DNA of 64,000 bases, from positions 40,982,001 through 41,046,000 of the forward strand of contig OX597829.1 of NCBI GenBank assembly GCA_951406725.2, given 5' to 3'. Made by a program: the position numbers and the translations under genes. Source of the DNA: Octopus vulgaris. Its lineage: Eukaryota. A model generated the notes under the pieces. The model was not told the DNA's origin, ran no database searches, and saw only the letters and a program-made list of their open reading frames with translations. How positions within the stretch are numbered: position 1 is the first letter of the stretch; each line of letters begins with the position of its first letter. Shown piece by piece: positions 1 to 12,485 of the stretch.

Positions 1-284
1 TGGAACCTACATAACTGGACATTTCCCAGACTGTTTTTCTTCTGAAGATGGGCCTTTGCGCCTAAAATATAAAAGATTTTTTAAAACTTGCCACATCGTC
101 AGAAGCTTTCTGTTTTATCTCTTTTTACCTTCTTCGATATTACAATGCTTCAAGCGAACCACAAGGCTCTTAAGACTTATATATGTCTCTGTGTGTGTAC
201 ATACAATATATGTGTTTATAAATATATTCGCATATATGTGTGTGTGCCTGTATATATATATACGGATATATATAGATACTTAGA

Positions 285-385
285 TACATACATACATACA
301 TACATACATACATACATACATACATACATACATACATACATACATACATACATACATACAGACATACATACATACATATACATAT
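285..385. repeat. (TACA)n microsatellite
   Basis: Direct tandem TACA; source of the YIHT/MYVC pseudo-ORFs. Confidence 0.97.
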
Positions 386-789
386 CTGCATGGGTATGTG
401 TGTATACGTGTGTATGTGTACGTATGTATATATGTCACCTGCTAGAATTAAATTATTTTGTGTTACATAATATTTTGATTCCTCTTTTTCCTTGCTCTCT
501 TTTCTTCTTCGTATTCACGTTGCTCTCCTTTCTTTATCATATATTCTTTTATATATTTTTCTTGTAATTCTCCTTGGAATTTTTGGTACATTATTAATAA
601 AAATCCCAATTAATTTCCTGGAATATATTAAATCACCTGTATCTTTTCTTGAAAGAAGACATGGGAAGAAGGGAAAGTGTGACAGAACAGGATGAATGTG
701 AAATAAACGATAGTGTATATGTGTGTGTGTATATGTATATATATTCTGAGTGTTTGAAACATGTTGGTATGTGTGTATGTCAGATTAGC

Positions 790-828
<39 letters not shown>

Positions 829-841
829 CAGATAGACAGGA

Positions 842-893
<52 letters not shown>

Positions 894-903
894 ATAGACA
901 GGA

Positions 904-987
<84 letters not shown>

Positions 988-988
988 G
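790..988. repeat. (GATA)n microsatellite with two GACAGGAATA interruptions
   Basis: Direct reading. Confidence 0.97.
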
Positions 989-1037
989 CTAGTATTGATT
1001 AAATGCTGAAAATATGAGTGAAAAAGAAAGGAACAAA

Positions 1038-1149
<112 letters not shown>

Positions 1150-1594
1150 TATTACCTCGCATTAACTGTTTTTTAATGTTTCATTATTTTATTTTATTTT
1201 ATTTACTACTGTGATTAGAATGTTTGCTTGAGGCTAGGCACGATATGTCGCTTACCTTTATTTACCTGTGATAAAGTAATTTACCTTTGATAAGGTAATA
1301 ATGTAACCGGCGGTCATAATTTTCAGAACATTTCAGTATACACTAAGTATTGTTAGTTATGTTGTTGTTGTTGTTGTCATCCTTACTATTGATTGTTGTT
1401 GATTTTTTTTTATCATTGTCCTTGTTGTTGATGATGTTGATGATGATGGTAGTAGTAGTGGTGGTGGTGGTGGTGGGTGGTGCTGCTGCTGCTGCTGGTG
1501 ATTCCTTGTCCTTTGCTTTGGTGCTGTTGCCGTTGTTTTTTTTTGGGGGGGGGTTATGTTTTGTTCTAGTTGTTATTGCTGCTGCTGTTGTTTT

Positions 1595-1597
<3 letters not shown>

Positions 1598-1625
<28 letters not shown>

Positions 1626-1633
1626 CGTCGTCG

Positions 1634-1680
<47 letters not shown>

Positions 1681-1782
1681 GGTGGTGGTGGTGGTGGTGG
1701 TGGTGGTGGTGGTGGTGGTGGTGGTGGTGGTTTTGGTAGTGTTGGCGATGGTGGAGAAATGGCTACTGCCATAACAGTGACT

Positions 1783-1822
<40 letters not shown>

Positions 1823-2029
1823 GTGGTGGTGGTGGTGGTGGTGGTGGTGGTGGTGGTGGTGGTGGTGGGAGGAGGAGGAGGAGGAGGAGGAGGAGAAGAA
1901 GAAGAAGAAGAAGAAGAAGAAGACGAAGAAGAAGAAGAAGAAGAAGAAGAAGAAGAAGAAGAAGAAGAAGAAGAAGAAGAAGAAGAAGAAGAAGAAGAAG
2001 AAGAAGAAGAAGAAGAAGAAGAAGAAGAA
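1598..2029. repeat. Compound trinucleotide microsatellites TCA>TCG>TTG>TGG and GTA>GGT>GGA>GAA
   Basis: Direct reading; short unique spacer at about 1731-1782. Confidence 0.97.
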
Positions 2030-2463
2030 TCGGTATTGCTAACAGAGGAATGTTAGCTGCATATCACAGTGTTGGTGATGACAGTGGAGATGAACCGAGA
2101 AGGAGCGAAGACTCGATCCGTTAGGAAGCTGCCTGACAAATTCGGTGAGATGGATGCTCTTTCAATTTCTAACGAAAAGTCAAGTGTCGTTGGTAAGAAT
2201 GTCCATCCGTTGTCATCTTCTATTCCAAAGAAATGCCAGCTTTGCTGATGTGCAACCTTGCTACGAGGCTACGGAATCTGCCGAGAGTTCTTGACAGAAT
2301 GCCGAATATAGGCTTTTGTAAAAGAAAGCTTTCTTTCAGCTCGTATGATCGTCTGCCATGGTCCTACGTAAAGTGTAGAACAAAGAAAGATCCCTGGTAT
2401 ATGAAGTGTTGTCAAAATATCACAGTACTTCAAGAGCTGTGAACAAAGCAGTGAACGAGTATC

Positions 2464-2690
2464 CGTTTCTTTATTACCCACAAGGGGCTAAACACAGAGG
2501 AGACAAACAAGGACAGACAAACGGATTAAGTTAATTACATCGACCCAGTGCGTAACTGGTACTTAATTTATCGACCCCGAAAGGATGAAAGGCAAAGTCG
2601 ACCTCGGCGGAATTTGAACTCAGAACGTAACGGCAGACGAAATACAGCTACGCATTTCGCCCGGCGTGCTAACGGTTCTGCCAGTTCTGC
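2464..2690 (-). mobile_element. tRNA-derived SINE family A, monomer with 16-bp TSD
   Basis: Minus strand has an A-box-like TGGCAGAACCGTTAGC and B-box GAGTTCAAATTCC. TSD GCAGTGAACGAGTATC at 2448-2463 and 2706-2721. Confidence 0.9.
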
Positions 2691-3020
2691 AGTTCTGCCG
2701 GTTCTGCAGTGAACGAGTATCTTCACATTCTACATACGAAGGTAGGGAGGGGTAGAATTAGGAGGACTAGTTGAGGTTTACTCTCGATGTTAACGATCAC
2801 ATACTGCTGTGTAGATTCCGCTCAGAGGATTTTCAAGTTGAACTTTAGAAATGACTGTTTTGACCAACCTGACGCCAGGTTTGTGTAAGGATATCCGATC
2901 AGAGCGAAATAGATGTAAAAGTCTTGTAAACCTGGTCAGACATTTTCAGCTGTCTAACAGGTGCCGTTTGCATAACTGTTGGCCCATAATTCATCATAAT
3001 GTAGTTTAAATTTTGGTCTC

Positions 3021-3616
3021 GGCGACCTGGCAGAAACGTTAGCGCGCCGGGTGAAATGCTTAGCGGTATTTCGTCTGCCGCTACGTTCTGAGTTTAAATT
3101 CCGCCGAGTTCGACTTTGCCTTTCATCCTTTCGGGGTAGATTAAATAAGTACCAGTTACGCACTGGAGTCGATGTAATCGACTTAATCCGTATGTTTGTC
3201 CTTGTTTGTCCCCTCTATGTTTAGCCCCTTGTGGGTAATAAAGAAATAGGTATTTCGTCTGCCGCTACGTTCTGAGTTTAAATTCCGCCGAGTTTGACTT
3301 TGCCTTTCATCCTTTCGGGGTCGATTAAATAAGTACCAGTTACGCACTGGGGTCGATATAATCGACTTAATCCGTTTGTCTGTCCTTGTTTGTCCTCTCT
3401 GTGTTTAGCCCCTTGTGGGTAGTAAAGAAATAGGTATTTCGTCTGCCGTTACGTTCTGAGTTCAAATTCTGCCGAGGTCGACTTTGCCTTTCATCCTTTC
3501 GGGGTCGATTAAATAAGTACCAGTTACGCACTGGGGTCGAAATAATCGACTTAATCCCTTTGCTGGTCCTTGTTTGTCCCCTCTGTTTAGCCCCTTGTGG
3601 GTAGTAAAGAAATAGG
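3021..3616 (+). mobile_element. SINE family A trimer (one head plus three ~180-bp bodies)
   Basis: Units joined by AAGAAATAGG|TATTTCGTCTGCCG at about 3250 and 3434. Confidence 0.92.
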
Positions 3617-3619
3617 TGT

Positions 3620-4960
3620 GATCGAGAACGTAGTCAGGAAAGCAGTGACGTGCGAAATCAACCATTGACTATCATCAAGGCAACTGGTTTCGATCTCGAC
3701 TTCAGAGGCTGGATCGCTTCAATGTCCAACAGCACATTGAAGGTGACTATTTGATCGGTGGTCAGAGCAAATGGGTATCCTCTCTCATCTCTTCGGTATG
3801 CCGATTCTTGGGCCTCTACAAAAACCCAGAAGAGATGAGTCGCATGATATCGCCGAAATGACTCCGTAAAGATGTCAAACACGACGGAAAATGTCGGCAC
3901 TATTCTAAAGGAATGCGAAACTTTGTTCGGAGCAAAAATTAACCAGGACAAGTAGGTGGTCATACAGCTTAGCAGCTGAAGAGGCAGGTCTATTATGCAG
4001 CTTCGTAGGATGCTAAACAGATGTCCCACATTAGTTGCTTGGGGTCTGGTTTGGTTCGGATTTTTAGGTGGATAGGAACGAGAACAAGATTGCGAGAGGA
4101 TGGCTCGTCTCATCCAGAATGGACTAAGAGGAAGCTTCCCTTGTGACTGTCAAGCAAAGGTAGCGAACGAAGGTATCACCTCTGTTATATGTTATCACCT
4201 GACTATCCTGCTTTGCTCTGTTTCTCATCTGACCATGGTGAAACGTTTGTTATTTCGCTTCTTATGGAAGGGATGCGTTTCACTGGCCAGACGGTTCCCC
4301 TTCTGTCAACATCATTTGTGCGGAGAGTTTGATAATCTGTCACTGTTAAAAGCACACTTGCAACATGTACAAAGATTTCTAGTCGGTGAGGTCGTCCTTT
4401 GTCAGTTACGACTTTCTACTGCGCACTTCCTTAACAGAGTTGCAGACCTGGATCAAGCAAAGACCAAGACTGAGCCCATGGCATCTGGAATGCTTCCAAG
4501 CTCTGACAGTCCTCTATCAATTACGCAATGTGATTGATGAAATACACCACGCACGTCGGCATTCTATTGTAGATCAGTTGTAGGAAAAAAGGATAACGTT
4601 CTCGAGCAAACACCAGGCGTCAACGAGAAACAAGTGGATGTCTATTCTAAAAAGCTTTCAAACCAGATAGATAACTACCAGTAATCTTTGGTTTAGCAGT
4701 GCTACCGGGGTAGGGACATTGTCAGTTCCAAATACACTCTGTAGGTATAGGAGTGCCTATGAATTGGGTCTGTCTGAAATGCGGCGAAATTGTTTTGCAC
4801 ACACTCATTCGGTGTCTGAGTATTACTAGTTCTGTTGCAAGTGGGACGGATCTGCCTATCAGCCTCATCCATAGTGAAGATTGTTCCACCGCCTTAAGTG
4901 GACCAATAAGAGTAACAGAATCTTTCTTCCTCTAGACTTTGTTGTTGCTTAAACATATGA
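3620..4960 (+). mobile_element. Decayed Tx1/L1-clade non-LTR retrotransposon ORF2 (RT to C-terminus) remnant
   Basis: Frame-broken translations: SVVRANGYPLSSL (cf. SVRQGCPLSPL), ECETLFGAKINQDK, LLGVWFG, LLFRFLWKG. Many stops and frameshifts. Possible upstream endonuclease remnant near 2800-2990. Confidence 0.75.
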
Positions 4961-6583
4961 CCAAGAATATTCTATCTTGAGCATCCTGTCCTTTAAGACC
5001 GAGAAACTTCTCTCGCTCCTTTAAGTTTTCTTCAGACCGTTTATCTTAAACTTATTCAAGCTATGCGTCAACTCTAAACCTAACCTATTTGCTTTTTATG
5101 CAGCAGCTACCCTTGAGTTTCCTATCCATCGATACTCTTAATATGTTTAACTGAAGAGGCCTAATAAGCTCGAAACATGTTAGTAGTAGTCCCTGTTCTG
5201 CCAAAGTTTTGATTGATGTATCACTTAAATTAAGCTCATCTAGACCCAACTGGTATGTCCTTTAATCGTTTATAAAAGCATTTTATGAATATTCAGTTAC
5301 TTTCTGTCAAAATGGCAGAAATTCGGTGTAACAAGAACGGTTAAGTGTTATATCGCTACAAATAAATGTTACATGCTGTATAAAAAGAAAGACTGAAACC
5401 CAGTAAAGGAGTTTCTTTCCTTTATCAAACCAAATAATTGAAACCCAGCAGGTGGGGTTCGATACTTGGTTGAAAACTGTTTCATTTCAATTCCGTCGCT
5501 AGTTTCTTCGTTAAGGCATGAACGCCAAAAAAAAGAAATGTAATTCTCACTCTAAAACATTTATTCTTTTCAGTTTGATCGAAATAATACAATTAAATAC
5601 GAGTTAAAACAGTTGGATTCGAAACTGCGTCGCTGTGAAGTGCATCACCAAGTTGGTGATCACTGTGACATTTGCTGAGTGTCACTATATTTTATTGATG
5701 TAATTTTCCAAAGACATTATTGGTCTGACAGAAGATTTTCTTACTAGAAGGATAGCCAGTAAAAAGAATGGCAGTTGCACAGTATATTCGCTGTGTGACA
5801 TAATCTTGTCTAATTTCCGATTCAAAGAAACACAGTGCTTAGCTGATGGCGATATTCAATACTCCGAAATGTATGCCCGATAGTTCCGCCTTTGATTCAG
5901 AGAATATCGTGCTTATTCGTCTATATGGATACTGCGTTCCTTTCCTGTCGACAGAGACTCCTGCAAATTACCCATATTTATGCAGTATTTGATGTTTTCT
6001 TTCCAAAATAGTCAAAGAGTAGGATCTTAAACCACTGCCTCGAAATTGCTTTCTTTAGATCTACTTTGCATCTGCTACTTTTATTTCGTTGATTGAATAA
6101 GCATCGTGTTTACTTTCCATTTTGAACTGAAAATTGCAACCTTCAGTCATAATATATCAACAACAAAAACACTATATCGAATAACTATATTATCTTTTCT
6201 TTTCTTTTCATTTTCTTTTTCTTCCACCCCATCCCCCACTCCATCCCCAACACTTCCAAATACATTGATAGATCTAAGAGTATTTAATAGTAGAATGTTC
6301 TGGAACTTTCCTGCATGTTAATTTATTATTTGAACTTATCTGTACTAATGGAGGCTTTCTTATTTATTTAGTTTTTCTTCTTTTGGAAGGTTTAGACTTT
6401 CGCTCATGGAATAAATTGGAATTAATTGAATAAATGCGGCTTAAATTCGATAGCAAAAATAAATTACGGTAAATTTAAACGCGATGATATTTCCATGTAT
6501 AACTCTTAAAGTTTTCAAAGTTTTAGAATTCGAGAAAAAAAAATTCTATTTGCATAGAAAGGTAATAATAACATCATCATCAT

Positions 6584-6615
<32 letters not shown>

Positions 6616-6659
6616 TCAACAGCAACAACAACAACAACAATAATAATAATAATAATGAT

Positions 6660-7098
6660 AACGATTTCAAATTTTACCACAAGGGTAGCAATTTGGAAGG
6701 TGGGGATGTGTCGATTACATCGACCCCAGTGTTCAACTGGTACTTATTTTATCGACCCCAAAAGGATGAAAGGTAAAGTCGACCTTGGCTGAATTTGAAC
6801 TCTGAACGCAAAGACAAACAAAATGCTACGAAGTATTTTGTTCGGCATGCTAATAATTCTGCCAGCTCACCACCTTATAATAATAATAATAATAATTTTT
6901 CCACAAGAGCAGCTATTTTGGGGGAGGGATGAGTCGATTACGTCGGCACCAGTGTTTTACTGGTACTTAATTTATCGACCCCGAAACGATGAAAGGCAAA
7001 GTGGACCCCGGCAAAATTTGAACTCATAACGTAGCGGCAGACGAAATACCGCTAAGCATTTCGCCCGGCGTGCTTAACGAATCTGCCAGCTCGCCACC
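6660..7098 (-). mobile_element. Two older SINE A-related copies with an alternative 3' tail, within (AAT)n tracts
   Basis: Shared core GACCCCGAAAGGATGAAAGGCAAAGTCGACC but tail CACAAG(G/A)G..GC.ATTT(T)GG instead of the CCCACAAGGGGCTAAA tail. Confidence 0.8.
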
Positions 7099-7110
7099 TT
7101 ACAATAATAG

Positions 7111-7183
<73 letters not shown>

Positions 7184-7281
7184 AACAATAATAATAATTA
7201 TAATTATAATAATTATAATAATAATAATGATGTTGATGATAATCCTTTCGTTATTTGCCACAAGAGAACATTGTATTACTA

Positions 7282-7328
<47 letters not shown>

Positions 7329-7448
7329 TTTTCTATTTTTCTTTCTATCTATCTATCTATCTAGCTAGCTAGCTAGCTATCTATCTATCTATCTATCTTT
7401 CTATCTTTCTTTCTTTCTTTCTTTCTATCTATCTATCTATCTATCTAT
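7282..7448. repeat. (TCTA)n microsatellite, left flank of Tx1 fragment
   Basis: Direct reading. Confidence 0.95.
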
Positions 7449-7450
7449 TT

Positions 7451-8121
7451 TCATCATCCTTGTGGCTATGGCGAAAGAATGTATCTGGTGGACGCGTCTG
7501 AAAGGATTGGAGACAAACACTTTCCTCTCTGGTCAATCTCTCATCAACTTCTTCAAGTACCACTTGAAAAGGAAAGTGAGAGTAGAGAGGCAAGTTTTGT
7601 CTAGCGAATGTTTTTAAAAAAGATGGGTGAATGTAGCAAGGATGGCACGTATGAATGACGAAGCCACCTTGAGCATAATCCTATGAACCCAGAAATTGAA
7701 AACAGAGGGTTACCCACTTGCAAACAAATGTGGTAACATATAACAATATTGACCAAGGTTACCGTGGTCTTTTTCGTAGGCTTTTCTTCCCACGGATAAA
7801 CCTTACTTGCTTTCCCCTTTACACCATATATCATAACACTGTGATACACGATCCCTATTGATCGTTCCTTTTTTTTTTCCTCTTCCCCTTTTTTCCCCCC
7901 CTTTTTCTCCATTTTCATTTCTCTTTTCTTTTGTTCCTTTCCCTTTTTTTTTCTTTTATTCTTTTTATTTTTTATTCTATTTTTTTTTGTTCTTTTCTTC
8001 CCTTTTACGATCCCTCTTGATCGAAAACCTACGCCACCCCCTTTTTTCATCCCCCAAAAGAAAAGCTCTACCTTGTAACTTGTCCCATCTGTGTGCAGCC
8101 CTGTGTGGCCAATAAAGAAAC
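7451..8121 (+). mobile_element. 5'-truncated Tx1/L1-clade element 3' end (ORF2 C-terminus plus 3' UTR) between (TCTA)n tracts
   Basis: Translates VAMAKECIWWTRLKGLETNTFLSGQSLINFFKYHLKRKVRVERQVLS, then KRWVNVARM (IW..R and ..RW pattern of L1/Tx1 ORF2 ends). Pyrimidine-rich UTR ends in CCAATAAAGAAA directly before (TCTA)n. Confidence 0.72.
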
Positions 8122-8302
8122 TTATCTATCTATCTATCTATCTACCTACCTATCTATCTATCTTTCTTTCTATCTATCTATCTATCTATCTTATCTATCT
8201 ATCTTTCTACCTATCTATCTATCTATCGTACCTAACTTATCTATTTATTTACCTAACTTCCTACCTACCTACCTACCTACTTATCTATCTACCTCTCTCT
8301 TT

Positions 8303-8335
<33 letters not shown>

Positions 8336-8336
8336 T

Positions 8337-8408
<72 letters not shown>

Positions 8409-8464
8409 CACACACACACACACACATACATACTCACACACACACACACACACATATATATATA
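8122..8464. repeat. Compound microsatellite (TCTA)/(CCTA)/(CT)/(TA)/(CA)
   Basis: Direct reading. Confidence 0.95.
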
Positions 8465-8954
8465 AATATACCAAGCATACAAAATACCGTGTGGCAATGA
8501 CAGCAAGTTAGAGACGAAGGTGGGTCGACCGAAGATGGCCTGGTAATAAGTACCACACTTTTGCTAATTGTCTTACGCGCCTGCATGGTTGCGAACTGGC
8601 TGAGATTCCTTTTCGACTCTCCTTTTCTCGTGACCCAAAAAAATACGCCAAGGAGTTGACAGGCGAACGGGAAAGGGAATTACTCCAACGCTCAGATAGT
8701 TTGTAGTAGCTAAATGAACAGGAAGAACGTGAAATGAAGTGCCTTGCTGACGGACAGAAGGGAATTGCCGGTCCACGAATTTACGACCACCAGCAGAAAA
8801 ATGCTTCTTCAAGGTCAAATGAATCGACCTCAATACTTACATGCTTTTTTTTTATTAGCCAGATACTTATTTTATCGATTGCTTTTGCCGAACCGCCAAA
8901 TCGTGGGGGACGTAAGCACACCAACAGCGGTTGCCAGGCAATGGTAGTGGATAA

Positions 8955-9186
8955 GGCGGCGAGCTGGCATAAACGTTAGCACGCCGGGTGAAATGCTTAG
9001 CGGTATTTCGTCTGCGTTACGTTGTGAGTTCAAATTCCGCCGAGGTCGACTTTGCCTTTCATCATTTCGGGGTCGATAAATTAAGTACCAGTTACGCACT
9101 GGGGTCGATGTAATCGACTTAATACCTATGTCTGTCCTTGTTTGTCCCCTCTGTGTGTAGCCCCTTGTGGGTAATAAAGAAATAGG
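8955..9186 (+). mobile_element. SINE family A monomer nested in a SINE B fragment
   Basis: Full head GGCGGCGAGCTGGC; TSD GGTAGTGGATAAG at 8943-8955 and 9185-9197. Confidence 0.92.
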
Positions 9187-9509
9187 TAGTGGATAAGCAC
9201 AAAAACAAAGATACCCATAGACACGCACAGATACAGACAGACACGCGTGTGCGCGCACACACATGCGTACACACTAATACGCGCGCGGACACATACACAC
9301 ATATGCATAAATTTAGCAAAACAACCAAAACGTAATCTTTTTCTTGAGAACATTTCTTAGTGGTAAGACCATAGCGGATCTATTTCTATTATACAATTTT
9401 ACTGATCCTTCAGTTTTTTATATGCTAGACCACTTGTGTGAAATCGATGTTAATTAAATTAATATCTAATTTCTCACCCTCATTTTAAATTTAAATTTAT
9501 ATATATATA

Positions 9510-10026
9510 CTAGCAGTATCGCCCGGCGTTGCTCGGGTTTATAAGGGAAATAACTATATAAGCATTTTTAGAGAGTTACTTCCCTTATAGATGCCAATTC
9601 GGGCTTTCTTAGCCATTTCTGTTTTGGTGTCTTCAAGCCATGAAGTCGTTGTTCTAAAAGAACGCTGGTCTCCTTGACAACGCTTTACGACGTTGATTTC
9701 CTTAGACTCCCTTCCCCACAGCTTCACAAGGGAGGGAAGAAGGGGGAGAAGCAAACACAGGTGCAGGTGTTTGAGCGTGGACGCCAACTCCGCCGCCATC
9801 GACACACGAAAAATTATGCATTAAAATGGAATAAAAAATGATGTTAAATTATTTTTAAAATCGTAGACTCATCGTAGACGCGCGCTAATAGCCAGACGGG
9901 CTCGATATTAATCACGACTATAAGATACCCGAATTTGGTTAAACTGCACCGCAAAATGTGGGAGGAGTTAGGAATCTAAATCGTAGGAGACAGACACTCA
10001 CACAACTACAGTTTTATATATATAGA
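9510..10026 (-). mobile_element. Non-autonomous Helitron (family H1)
   Basis: Minus strand starts TCTATATATATAAAAC and ends with hairpin CCCGAGCAACGCCGGG followed by GATACTGCTAG. Inserted between A and T, no TSD. Near-identical copy at 28441-28953. Confidence 0.88.
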
Positions 10027-10334
10027 TATATATATATATACGACGAGCTTCGTTCAGTTTCCACCTGCCAACCCACTTTGATAGGCCCGAGGCTATAGTA
10101 GAAGAAACTCACCGAAGGTGCTGCAATCATGGTATGATTATATCCTTTTTGTCTACAGCAAGCCAATACCTCCATGACAAACTGTCGCGAATGGTCTTCC
10201 TACGAGTTCGAATATGTCTCAAGCATATTTGAAATGGCAATAAGTGTGTGTGCATTGTGTGTGTGTGTGTGCATGTGTGTGTGTGTGTGCGAATGTATGT
10301 ATATGCATGTATATGTATATGTTGGTATATATAT

Positions 10335-10533
10335 TACTCTTTTACTTTTTTTTACTATTTTCATCCATTTGACTGCGGCCATGCTGGAGCACTGACTTGT
10401 AGGGGTTTTAGTCGAACAGATCGATTCCAAGACTTATTTCTCAAGCCTGGTAATTATTCTATCGCTCTTTTTTGCCGAACCGCTAAGTTTCGGGGAGGTA
10501 AACACACCAGAACAGATTCAAAAACACACGCAT

Positions 10534-10576
<43 letters not shown>

Positions 10577-10718
10577 AGACAGATTTCTCTCAGTTTCCCT
10601 CTGCCAAATCCACTCACAAGGCTTTGCAGAAGACACCTGCCCAAGGTATCTCGAAGTCGGACAGAACCTGGAGCCACATTGTTATGAAGCAACTTACCAT
10701 ACAACCACGCCTGCGCCT
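10335..10718 (-). mobile_element. SINE family B, decayed
   Basis: Homologous to 18473-18887 along its length. Confidence 0.85.
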
Positions 10719-10724
10719 GTGTAT

Positions 10725-10791
<67 letters not shown>

Positions 10792-10881
10792 GTTTGAAGC
10801 TCAACAAGTAGGACAGCGCTCAATCAATTAAGGGAATAAAGACACTATTGTAATGAAAACCACAAAGCGTTTTGTGAAATA

Positions 10882-11120
10882 CCTATTTCTTTACTACCCA
10901 CAATGAGCTAAACACAGAGGGGATAAACAAGGACAGACAAACGGATTAAGTCGATTACATCGACCCCTCCCCCAGTGCGTAACTGGTACTTAATTTATCG
11001 ATCCCGAAAGGATGAAAGGCAAAGTCGACCTCGGCGGAATTTGAACTCAGAACGTAACGGCACACGAAATACGGCTAAGCATTTCGCCCGGCGTGCTAAC
11101 GTTTCTGCCAGCTCGCCGCC
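10882..11120 (-). mobile_element. SINE family A monomer
   Basis: Full-length; TSD TTTTGTGAAATA at 10870-10881 and 11121-11132. Confidence 0.92.
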
Positions 11121-11499
11121 TTTTGTGAAATATAGTTATTCTGGGTTTGTTGTGTGAAATATTAATTTATTTTGCCATTTAACAAGCTGATAAAAGCAAC
11201 AAGACAGCTTAGTAATTACATTCGATGAAATAGATATTTGAATGAGCACGCGTATATAGAAAAAGACGGCGAGTGCTCAAGGGCAGATACCGCTACACAC
11301 TAGACCGTTAATGATCAGTGTTTTACGAGTATTAAAAATTACGTAAAACCAACACTGGGATGGGTTATGGTTTGTGCGATCGTTTAAGCTTAATTCCCGC
11401 ATGGTTGTATTTTGTAAGAGACGGGTATGCAGAAGAAATGTCACTCTTGGTATTTATACAGTCCCTGGAGATTCTTGGGATTTATAAAAGATATAGTTT

Positions 11500-11928
11500 G
11501 GATCTTTTCGGTTTGAACGGCAGTTTTTTTCTAGCGGTGTCATATGAAATTGTTACCCATAATTATGACCCTAATATCGATCTATTGCATTTCAATCTGT
11601 TTTAGGGTTAGGGTTAGTTAGGGTTAGGGTGGGGGGGGAAGGGTATCTTTTTTCTTCAGAAATGTAAATAAACCCAATCTGTTTCTTAAACGAGGGACAT
11701 ATTCATACGGCACAGAATGTTTTCACCTCAATAGACATCATTGATTGGTTGAAACTGCAGAAATTGAAGAAAAAAAAGCAACAAATATCTTACAAACTAT
11801 AGAATTTTCTCAATAAAACCAAGAGAAAACGATGTTTTATAAACACATTCTACCAGTATACGAAGTTTAAAAGTGTTTAGTTACGTGGAAATTATTTTTA
11901 AAAACTGCCGTTCAAACCGAAAAGATCC
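11500..11928 (+). mobile_element. MITE with ~30-bp TIRs, 8-bp TSD and internal TTAGGG repeats
   Basis: TIR GGATCTTTTCGGTTTGAACGGCAGTTTTT and its reverse complement; TSD TATAGTTT at 11492-11499 and 11929-11936. Confidence 0.93.
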
Positions 11929-12345
11929 TATAGTTTTTCCAGCGAGCTTATTGAACGTCTTTATGAGGGCTGATGGCAGTGGCTTCGAAGTTTTGAGCGG
12001 CTAGCCTTCGTCGGACAGTCCTGCAAAAGTATAATAAATATGTAGTCTACAAACGTATTATGTAACTCTTCAATTCAATTCACAGACAGAAAAACATTCA
12101 CACAGAGCTACATATATGTAGGCTGCCAGGAAGGATTTATTTTCTGATGGCGGAGCAATACGCCGTGCTATATCCACTTCGAACCATTAGAGCTGGCCGC
12201 GGAAGAATACATATGGTTGCTTCTACCCAGCAGTATCGCGCGCTTTTTGAAGGAGCTAGTTAGTTGCAGCTCGGCCGGCGTAGTGTTAACATCACATTTT
12301 GATACGCGAGCATGACTCTAAAATCAACTACGCTATGCAGCTCCT

Positions 12346-12485
12346 GGTGGAGGCACATGGTTAGAGCAGCGGACTCTCGGTCGAAGAATCGCGTGTTCGA
12401 ATCTCAGACCAGGCGATGTGTGTGTTTATGAGCGAAAACCTAAGCTCCACGCGGCTCCGGCAGAAGGTAATGGCGAACTTCTGTT
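12346..12485 (+). mobile_element. tRNA-derived SINE family D, 5' part
   Basis: GGTGGAGGCACATGG..TTAGAGCAGCGGACTC..GTTCGAATCTC; homologous to 38517-38803 and 55728-56012. Confidence 0.82.

Noticed and set aside
11601-11640. Telomere or chromosome-fusion scar
   Set aside because: TTAGGG repeats are internal to a MITE present in three copies with TSDs.
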